This document shows, piece by piece, positions 13,101 through 22,600 of a DNA stretch of 64,000 nt (position 1 is its first letter; each line of letters begins with the position of its first letter). The translations under genes were made by a program, and so were the position numbers. The stretch is from Marsupella aquatica. Lineage: Eukaryota; Plantae; Marchantiophyta. Under the pieces are notes generated by a model that made no database searches, had not been told where the DNA came from, and saw nothing but the letters and a program-made list of their open reading frames with translations. The DNA is taken from positions 19,781,224 through 19,845,223 of the forward strand of contig OZ316897.1 of assembly GCA_973895155.1 (NCBI GenBank), in the 5' to 3' direction.

Positions 13101-13374
13101 CCAACACACCGAGTGAAATCAGATTCTTACGCATGCCAGGTACATACCTGACTCCGGACACTGTGCGCATAGCGCCATCAAACATTTGAATCTTCACAGA
13201 CCCAATTCCCTCAATTTGACAAGAGTGATCATTTCCCATCAGAACTGAACCATTTGAAACAGAGTAAGAACTGAAAAACTCACGAATGTAACAAATATGA
13301 AAAGAGCAAGCACAATCAAGAATCCACATATCATCTGCTCTCCTAGATGACGTGCACAGGGCATACCCCCGGCT
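10102..13374 (-). pseudogene. pol: copia pol (protease, GAG-pre-integrase, integrase, RT, RNase H) with two in-frame stops
   Basis: WILDCACSFH protease motif; LWHSRLGH and CEHC; HSDVWGP and FIDDYSR integrase; YVDD RT; HIDVRYHF RNase H. TAG TAG at 12442-12447 replaces QQ of TPQQNG. Confidence 0.92.
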
Positions 13375-14415
13375 TCATAAAACATACTCATCATTGAGTA
13401 AATCAGCTTCTCCATCAGCCCTAGCCACATTTGCCGATGAAGTTTCCGCTGCCTTTCCCTTACAGTCTCGCTTGAAGTGTCCAACTTGGTTGCACTTCCA
13501 ACATGTCACCTGCCTCCTCTGAGGGGATTTACCCTTGGACTTAGATTTGAATTTAGATCTAAACTGGGTTCTACGGTCCCCAGTTGGTCGCTGCATACTC
13601 CTCCCACGGTTAACATTGAGGGCAGCACCAGATGATGAAGGCTGTGACGTGATGTGCATCTTCTGCTGAAGATCATCACTAAGCAGAGAACTTACCACGT
13701 CATTGTATGAAATGGTATCCCTATCACGATGCAACAACACTCGTGATAGGGACTGGTAAGATGGAGGCAATGAACTAAGAAGCTGCAGAGCCTTCGTCTC
13801 ATCATTCAAAGTCTCCCCAAGGTTTTCCAAGTCAACGACCATGTCGTTGAAAGCATCCACATGGTCTTGCAACTTCGTACCGGATTCCTTCATCCTGAAA
13901 CTCATCAATTTGTAGGAAGTGTAGAGCCGGTTCGACAACTCCTTGCGGTGATACTTGCTCTGCAATTCCGCAAACAAGGACATGCAATCCTTATGTGCAC
14001 CCAACTGCTTGATGATGGGAGGCATGAGATAGAGTGTAACACACCACACTCCCTGCTCCTGCATGCGGTCCCATTGTTTCTCATCAACATCGTCTTCACG
14101 AGGGCTCAGCAGTTGGCCCATCCCTGACGCATAGAGCACTCCCTTCACCTGCTTCTCCCATAGCAAGTAGTCAGAGCGCCCATCATACTTTGTCACTTCA
14201 TACTTGGGTCCCCCAAGCTTGAAAGTCCCCATCTTCTTCTTTGGCACTACCGTGAGCTCCGGTAGTAGTACTGCTTCCTCCACCACACGCCGCACCGGTG
14301 ATGGTATCGGTGTCACGTGCTCTTCCTCCTGCTCCTCTCTCTGCCCCTGAAACCTCCGCGGTGATCCTCGTGATTCAAGTTCCACGTCTTCGAAAAACTC
14401 CTCCGAATCACTCAT
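13375..14415 (-). CDS. gag: copia Gag (UBN2-like core plus CCHC zinc knuckle)
   Basis: KYDGRSDYLLW, LLSSLPPSY and CWKCNQVGHFKRDC motifs; ends at a TGA in frame with the protease. Confidence 0.9.
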   Translation of the reverse strand: MSDSEEFFEDVELESRGSPRRFQGQREEQEEEHVTPIPSPVRRVVEEAVLLPELTVVPKKKMGTFKLGGPKYEVTKYDGRSDYLLWEKQVKGVLYASGMGQLLSPREDDVDEKQWDRMQEQGVWCVTLYLMPPIIKQLGAHKDCMSLFAELQSKYHRKELSNRLYTSYKLMSFRMKESGTKLQDHVDAFNDMVVDLENLGETLNDETKALQLLSSLPPSYQSLSRVLLHRDRDTISYNDVVSSLLSDDLQQKMHITSQPSSSGAALNVNRGRSMQRPTGDRRTQFRSKFKSKSKGKSPQRRQVTCWKCNQVGHFKRDCKGKAAETSSANVARADGEADLLNDEYVL

Positions 14416-15555
14416 ATGAGAAAATCACAAAAAATGTTGTTTTTCACAACTTCTCAAAAAACTCGAAACTCAACACCGCCGCGTAGCCCACAAAGCTAGG
14501 AGTCCAATACTGAAAACCGAAATCAAAATCGAAATTTAACGGAAAAGTTATTCAAATTTTGGTCGAGGTGGGTAAATCCTTGGGAAACTCCCCCGTTTTG
14601 AACACCTCAGGGAATAACCGAAATACCAAGTACAACCCGTTGTCGGAATTGCGATGTGATTGGTGCGCCGCGTTGCCAACTTCAATGGCTACGACCTCGC
14701 CGAAAAATAACCAAAAAAGTTACCGTTCGGCGGATGAAATCTTTGTCGGACGGTCAAAAAATAGCTCTCTGGTTTTTTTGGAATATTCTATGACCCTTGT
14801 ACAGGCCCTGTGGGAATTTTGGAAGAACAATCGAGGGGCTGACACGTGTCCTCGAACCCCCAAAACCCCCTACCACCCTTCGTCGTCGAAATCTGGTCGC
14901 GCGCGCAGAAAATACACACGGCAGAATGTACCCCTCGACACCAAACGCAAGATATCTCACTCGGGTTTTGACGAAATCAAGATCCGATTTCAGATTTGGA
15001 AACTAGACTCCGAGGCGGTGAAGATCGATATAAGAAGCACCCAAAACGAGGAAAGAACAAGGGAGAAAAAAATTGGTAAAGATAACAGATTTCTCTCAAT
15101 TGCCATAGCCAATTTCGAATCAGTTTTTCAAAGAGAAAAAAATGGTACCTTGTCAACAAGGAATGTTGATCAATTGCACTTGGTGCCGTCACCAAGTCCA
15201 ACAAGGTAATTGATTTTGCTTAGCCTTCCTCTTTGCATCAAAGAGCCAATCCCGGACTCAAAATAATCGTCTTGCCTCAATCTCTCCGTTGAGTCAAAAC
15301 ACTTGATGCTTCTCCCTCCGAGTCGATTGCCAACTTTCTTCACAAAATCCAGAACGACAAAAACTTAGATCTCTCTGCACCACGAGCTCCGTTCAACAAT
15401 TTCTTCACACCGTTAGAAAGCTCTTGCCCTGATCTATCCGTTGAGCCCATAAACTCCAAGTTCCATGCGACAGAACTCTGGGAAATCCACCAACACTCAA
15501 CGCTGGAAAAACCGTCATGAAATCCCGTCACGAACACACGTCACCTCCCAAGCAT

Positions 15556-15567
15556 GCTCTGATACCA
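15556..15567 (-). other. Primer-binding site (tRNA-iMet type)
   Basis: TGGTATCAGAGC on the minus strand, 2 nt inside the 5' LTR boundary. Confidence 0.93.
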
Positions 15568-15569
15568 AT

Positions 15570-15972
15570 TGTTGAGCATAGACGACGATCGCAACGGCAA
15601 GCCCATGAACCATCCAACGCACAATAGTCGACACAAGAGATACGTGGTTCACCTCCTTGAGGCTACGTCCACGGGAACACACAAGAGAGCTTTACTGAAC
15701 TCTAAGCCCGTCGGCTATACCGAGTCTCCATAGTGTAAGCTCTCCCTATCTCTCAAGTGGCTCCATAACAATGAGCCTTGGTTCTACCTCTCCAAGCATA
15801 CATGCCTCGTATGATATAGTGTGCAACTTAGTTGTACCTAACCACATAGTTGTACCTAATCACGTAGTTGTACCTAACCACATAGTTGTACCTAATCACG
15901 TAGTTGTACCAACCCACGTTGTTGTACCAACCACGTCATACCTAACCTAGACGTAAGAGTAAATACCCAACA
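15570..15972 (-). repeat. 5' LTR (403 bp)
   Basis: Same sequence as the 3' LTR plus one extra 36-bp block of the 18-bp ttgtacctaa(c/t)cac(a/g)tag repeat and at least one substitution. Confidence 0.95.
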
Positions 15973-16161
15973 ATATATGGAGGTGTTACTCCATATGTAC
16001 GATGATCTTATAGAGAGAAAGTACTTGGGTGGTAATGTCTGAGCATCTAGGATGACATGAAATCATCCTGCAAAAAAACAATTTGTAATTAGAATTACCT
16101 CAAACATACCCTATCCTTACATTTTATGCTTGCAATCATATTTATGGAGGAGTGTCTTACC

Positions 16162-19100
16162 TCATGGACTTGTCACACCATAAATGCGTTCACTTGTTGT
16201 GTCCTTCCAACTAGTGGTGCGGTCCACCAATACTCGTGTTCGAGGAGGACGCTCTCTGACACTTGTATTCACAGGTCTGCTATCATATACCTTCCAAACA
16301 TGTCTTCTTATATTCTCGTTCCAATCCATGGCAGCACAACACAAACGGGCCTCATGGCTTGCCGAAAAATGAATACGCTTGGTGGCATACTTGCCCATGA
16401 CGGAATGGTAGGTCTCTGACATGAAATTCTCCCGGGCCATGGTATAAAACCTCATCTTCGCAGGAGTAATGTATTTTTTCATGAACTTTTGCATAGCCTT
16501 GTGAGTCTTCCCACCTACATGCACAAAGTACAAAAATTCAATAAAAAAGTCATGCATGGAAGTTCAATCATGCTAACATGTGACATAAGTCACAAAAGGA
16601 GGTCACAAATTAAATTACTTACCTCTTGCATAGTAATGGTCAAGCTGGATAGCTTCTACTTCCTCAAGATGCTGACAAGGTCTGTCAGATAATCTCGCAC
16701 ATAAACTATGATCCCCGGCCCAATGATCACCACAATTGCTCAACTCGAAGGCCAGAGATGCAGCGTCCCCCCCACTGCATATTGAACATTCTATAGTCAA
16801 ATAGGGTAAAATAAACCCAAACCAAACCAACATTAGTATTTACACATTATATCAAATTGAAAAGTCACCAAACATGAACATTGTAAATACCTGCTCTTAC
16901 ATCGTCGACAACATACATAAAACCAGGTCTTGAACTTTGTGGCAATGTTGTGTTGAGACAACTCTGGGTACTTGAGACCACGTGTCGGAATATGTACTAG
17001 TTCACCTAGAGGCAATCCACGCATGTCGCCAACTTTGTGAACAAGTGCTTCCTTCCTAAGGGTTGAATACCCTCTCACTCCCCGTGCCTTGAACCAATCC
17101 TGTAATCTCTTAGCGGTTACTGCTTGCAACTCAGAACGGGATGCGGCAGTATCAATGTCAATAGTCACAGTATATGTGGCGCTCACCATCTTCTCCACAA
17201 ACTTCTTGACAAGGTTTTTGGCCTTGTGCCACAAGTCCTTCTGGTTCCTAATCTCCATGTCCTCCACAATATTATCAATAGTGGCTTTGTCATCATGGAT
17301 AACCTCTATGATAGAAATGCCAGCCTCTCTCAGATTATCCAATGCTCTCTGAGTACCCTTGTCCTCCATGTGCCAAGCATTTCTCTCCTCTCTTCTAGTA
17401 ATTGTGACCATCTCAATTACCCTATTATCTTCCATGCTCAAAATAGAGGTGGTACCATGATAACCGCTCCGAGAAGAATCCCATCGAGTATCCAAATACA
17501 CTACTAACCCAGGGTCTGTCATAACCAATGCATATAGTAACTATTAGAATCAAAACTCATCATGACCCAATAAGACTTTGATCCTTGAGTAACTAGAGAA
17601 AGTGAAAGAGGGTAACATAAATTACTTACTAGTCTCAGTTGCTCGCCTCTGCTGAATAGTATCCCTCAATTGCTGCCACATATGCCTTTTGTTTTCTTCC
17701 CATTGCTGTCTCACAGCTGCTATCCATCCACCCCGAGGACGACCACGACCACTCTGAAAGTCATGCCAATGAGCTGCAGTGGGGACATGTAACCCAAGAT
17801 GCGCGGCAACAGCAGCCAAGGAGGTATAGGTGAGGCCAGCACAAAGGGTGGAATGATACAAATGAGGGGTAATCATAGGCGAACTCCTCCCAGGCTCATT
17901 GTCACCCGTAACAAAAGTCCAGCCATGTCCATCCTCTCCACAACCAATATGAATAGACCACAACTGATGCAACTCGGACACTCGCTCAACTCTTGGGATC
18001 CGAGGACATGCATGTATATGACACCGGGGTAGTAGCCTGTCAACAAAAGTACCCAACAAGTTGCGATCAAAAAATGCTACCCTGGCTGGTACACGAGGGC
18101 TCGTTCTACGAGTCGGGAGTGCGTCGGGAGGTCGTAACGGCTGAGAGTCAGGTGCGCGAGATGCCTGAGAGTCTGCAACCCGGGATGGCTGATCATTGGC
18201 CTCTGGAGATGGCTGAGGGTCTACATCTGGAGAAGGTCGAGACATCTGGGAATCGGGGACGATGAACAACTCCTGTAAAAAATGTCACGGATATGAATTA
18301 AAGATTGTGTCTCAACAATTGCAAAATTGTAATGGGAAGCCTTGGATAATGTGAAAGAGCTCAAACCTGGAAGGTATCCCCATCCCCAATGTGGTCAGCT
18401 CCTAAAGTTGCAACAACATCTGGATCATCATCCCGATACATGGATTCATCTTCTGCATCTGATCCATATTGCTCTGCAATATTCTTGTCTAAGACAACAT
18501 CCTCTTCGAGTAGTGCATCCTGGAAGACAATGTTGGGATTATACAAAAATAAATACTCCACAAATATGGTTACAATAAATCCTAAGGTAGAGTTTGACCA
18601 ATAATTATTGACCATATTGGTGGAGGGTTATTGAAGCCAGTTTTCTTCAATAAACACAAACCTGACCCCCAAGGCATGACCCAAATGGAAATCACAGTAT
18701 AGCATAAGCTTGAACCCAAGGAACATACAAATATAAATACATGTGCTTGTTTATTATGACCCTTGAGTACCCTAATACCTGACCTAATCAGGTTTACTAA
18801 ATTTTTGTTTCAAATAGAAATTACAATACAGCACGAGCTTCAATGAAGGGTTTATATATTCAAATATAAATACATGTGCTTGTTTATTATGACCCTTGAG
18901 TACCCTAATACCTGACCTAATCAGGTTTACTAAATTTTTGTTTCAAATAGAAATTACAATACAGCACGAGCTTCAATGAAGGGTTTATATATTCAAATAT
19001 AAATACATGTGCTTGTTTATTATGACCCTTGAGTACCCTAATACCTGACCTAATCAGGTTTACTAAATTTTTGTTTCAAATAGAAATTACAATACAGCAC

Positions 19101-19685
19101 GAGCTTCAATGAAGGGTTTATATATTCAAATATAAATAATTATGCTTCTTGGTACAATGGGAGACTTTCATTTTCCTTCAGATGTGATTTATTATTTATG
19201 TTTCAAATAAGAAGCATAGTACAGGATAAGCCTAAATCAATGGGTTTATACAAAGGGCCAAAATGAATTGCTAAAATGGGCAAATATTGAGTAAATGAAA
19301 GGAGGTTCCCACCTGAAGTGATGACTGTGAAGCCTGACCCATGTGCTGACCACTTGTGGGCGAAGGCATAGCCTCGGGTGGAATTGGAGCGGCCTCAGCT
19401 GCTCGCCATACCCGAAGCTCCTGAACTATAGGCCGTGCACGATCAAGTAACCATGTGACCATAGTAGAGTGGGTCGTATCCTGTCCAAGTAGAGCTCTAA
19501 GGTCCTCCCACTCATCCCACCGGTCAAGTGGGACCCGGATTTCGGGCTTGGCATCCGGTCTCCGCCTCTTCTTGTAATCGATGTCATCACTCGGATATCA
19601 CTGCCTTGGTGGACCACCACCCTGTGGGGGGCGTTTCCGCCTCCCATCCGGAAGAGGGGGGGGGGGGGTGACCCGGCATACTCAT
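16162..19685 (-). pseudogene. Multi-exon Kolobok-type DDE transposase, probably disabled in exon 1
   Basis: Phase-consistent GT-AG exons: ~19685-19313, 18519-18367, 18272-17630, 17515-16891, 16774-16623, 16514-16162. Motifs LDTRWDS (D), MEDKG, IHDD (D), DLWH, HWAGDHSLC, SETYHS..KYATKRIHF..R..AAMDWNEN (E). In-frame TGA at 19598-19600 and a G-run frameshift near 19656-19668 in the putative first exon. Confidence 0.75.
18728..19138. repeat. Three apparently identical 133-bp tandem units in transposase intron 1
   Basis: Units start at 18728, 18861 and 18994, with a partial unit at 19127: caaatataaatacatgtgcttg...gggtttatatatt. Confidence 0.95.
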
Positions 19686-22600
19686 ACTAGCCTATCCTAA
19701 AACCTACACTAAAAAAAAACCTATAAGCTCTAAACGGAGAACGGAGACCGGATGCCAAGTCCAACCCGGCAAGCAACTACAAAGTTGCACCAAAAAACCT
19801 CAAGTTGAACACAAGTAGAAAGGTAGTAAGAGGTGAGAATAAAAATTTGGGGAGGACAATGAGGCCTGAATGCAAGCACACAGGCTCTTTGCCCCCTGCC
19901 AGCCCTCTACCCCTCTTCCCCATTGGCTACATCCCCTTAGATCCTGGTCGTCCAAAGCATTTTTTTTAGTAACCCTAACACGTTCCCTAACCAGCCGCCG
20001 CGCTAACTCACGTTGCAGAATTTTTTCCGCCACCCACATAGGGCAGCGCACACTGCAGCTGCCAAAAAGGTACAAGTCACACAGAGGACACTTGCGAGTT
20101 TTGAACCTGAGACCTCAAGTACACAGGCAGGAGTTTGAACCGAAATGCTAGGAGGAAATCTTCGAAAATAGCAAAGCGAAAACTATAACTAAACTAATGA
20201 AGGCCGCTCAGGCCCACAAGGGCAGGGCCGGGGCCCTCTTTGGCCGGATGTCCCACACAACAAAGGCCTGTGCTGCCCGACCATATGAGAGCCTGGCCGC
20301 ACCCGCGAAGGAGCCCTGCCACAGGCATTTTCCGCAGGCCAGATGTCCCCTGCCCGACCTGCCCGAAACTTTTCAAATTTGAATTTGTGGCTCTGCCAAT
20401 CAGAACACTACATTTGTTTTTCACAATTTTCTTTCTTATTTTTTATCATTTTTAATCCTGGTTTTTTTGTATACGTAGATCTTGAAGAGATCTTGAATTT
20501 GAACCGTGGATCGGGTCATTTGGTGGACGGATAAGATTTTTGCAAGCTTCGATCGAAGGGCTGGCGACGGGCGCCCGTCCACAAATGCGAATGTCGCGTT
20601 TTTGTTATGTCTACTCCGGGTCACCCGGAGTACTTGTAGTACGATTTGTGGTTTAATAAAAAAAGGAACATGTTTAAACTTTCTACTGAGGATCACTGCC
20701 ATGTGCCTGCATTAATTCCATTGGAATTTTGAGTGCTGTAATATTATGTCGCTCGTGTATTCTAGGCCAGCATAATTACACAGGCCCTCTCATTTACGGG
20801 GCTCCGCTCAGTCGCTCACATGCATCAATGGTGTAAAACTGTCAAGAGGAGGGAGGACTTGAGCACTCCCCAGTTCTTTCTCCTTTCCGTTCTCCACTAG
20901 TAGACCTTCACGAAAATTGTCTCCACGGCCAAAAATGCAGTGAGAATATCACACAGTCGCACTGTAGTGGATTTCCAACGAAGTACGAAGATTCCGTGTG
21001 TGATCACGTCATCAAGTCAGCAGGATACTTTTTGAGCTTCGTTTTGTAAGGTCCATGAATCCATGCAACTTTAGAGAAAAGTAGACCTGTCAACTGCTCA
21101 GTGCTGCACTGTGCGACAGGTATGCCTAATGAGGATTCTGGTAAAGTAGTAGCCAAGGCACGGCCCGTCGATTGTAAATATGGTGTCAAGTTACTCGATA
21201 GCCATGACTGGATCGACTACGTTCATTTATAGCCGGTACATTGTAAATGGTGTCAAGTTACTCGATAGGCATGACGGGATCGACTACGTCCATAATTATG
21301 TGCCATAGTCACAGACGGCTCCTTTTTTCAGAGACTGGACTACTGGAGGTGATCACTTTAATTAGTAGTCTTGGCCGACACAAGAGTTATCTTGTTCCTT
21401 CCCAGTCAGTTAATTGGTACTTTAATCGGCGCAAGCTCCCCCAGCCTTTTGTTAGTTTGTATCCTTTGGTGTGCCACTCGTCTGTCGGCATGAGTCGCGC
21501 TCCACCACGCCTCCATTCTATGCTAGTGACAATCTTTAGATTCTCATTTGGGTTTTCATGGTGCTAAAATAATGAGCCCACAAGAGCAGCCAAAATTCAG
21601 AGTCGATTCAAAATGAAACTCAATCCAGGATGGACCAAGTTTGCCCAAAAAGGCTCATTTAGATTTTTGCACAAAATTATAGTGCAACGCGCTGCTTCTA
21701 TGGCTTGATACAAAATAAGGCCAGCTTCACAACTTTTAATGCCGTAACTTCCACCAGGATGAATTGCAGGGAAACTTGCTCTTAGTACAGATTCAAAGAC
21801 CAGTGAAATGTGACAAACAAATTAGACAGTCATCTTTGAAACTTAGTAGGTCCCTCAATTCTCGATGAAATTTGATTTACGCCACTCATTGGGAAATATC
21901 TTACAAATCAGTTTCTAACAAATCCAAGAAAGCCACTCATTGGGAAATATCTTTCCACTCACTGTGGGCACATTATGTATGAGTGAAATACTAAATGTCA
22001 AAGTTACTTGCTAGAAACCTTTTGGAAGCATAAAGTGTGGACAATGAGTGATGCAGTGATCTTGAGAAATTCAGAACTATCTCAATTTTTCATGAAAACT
22101 AGAGATATTAGGCTTTGGAAAGATCTTTCCAGACAACTTGTGACAAGCCCAAGTAGAGAGCCTAATTCTGCTTGATAGAAAGGGAGATGTTGAAGGTCAA
22201 ATTTGCTATTGATAATAATTTGGAAAGGAAGAAGAAGTATCAATGAGTGGTTTCTTGCATTGGGCAATGACAACATCCCAAAGGAGGGACCTTCAAATAA
22301 TATTATTACATGTCCGGAGTCTATGGTGGTGGAGGGTAGATGTGTGGAGTCTTGATTAATACAATTTACCTATCTCTTTTGAATATGGATGGTAAGTTCT
22401 TAAGGGGGAGAACTATCTTGATGCTAACCATTGAAGATGGGCTAAAAATAAACAATTGTATTCTAGTTCTAAGTACTTTTGGGAGAGAATTGAATTTTTG
22501 AGGGTCTATTGTCTCTCGATCAACTGGAAGGGGAGAATTTTTATTGTATGGAGTTGTTGAATAGGCTCATGGGGTCTCCTATTTTTTATGTGCAATTATT

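Larger units (their letters stand above)
9543..15972 (-). mobile_element. Full-length Ty1/copia LTR retrotransposon
   Basis: TG...CA LTRs at 9543-9909 and 15570-15972; ATATA TSD at 9538-9542 and 15973-15977; iMet-type PBS; PPT; gag-PR-IN-RT-RNaseH order. Confidence 0.97.
6590..20652 (-). mobile_element. Kolobok-like DNA transposon (TTAA TSD; transposase plus convergent KolX-like gene) carrying a nested copia
   Basis: TTAA at 6586-6589 and 20653-20656. Ends ACCACAACTCGGGGTACA versus reverse-complemented ACCACAAATCGTACTACA (14/18 identical). Encloses a spliced DDE transposase (-) and a small ORF (+) arranged tail-to-tail. Confidence 0.72.

Noticed and set aside
14559-15209. 216-aa antisense ORF in the copia 5' leader
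   Set aside because: Non-ATG start and no recognisable motif; cannot be distinguished from a chance frame without comparing family copies.
6586-20656. piggyBac or Mutator assignment for the TTAA-flanked element
   Set aside because: Transposase motifs are not piggyBac-like. There are no long TIRs or 9-bp TSD as expected for MULEs. The convergent KolX-like ORF favours Kolobok.
21173-21290. Two ~50-bp direct repeats (gtaaat..ggtgtcaagttactcgatag...gatcgactacgt)
   Set aside because: Simple local duplication with no TIR, TSD or other supporting structure.
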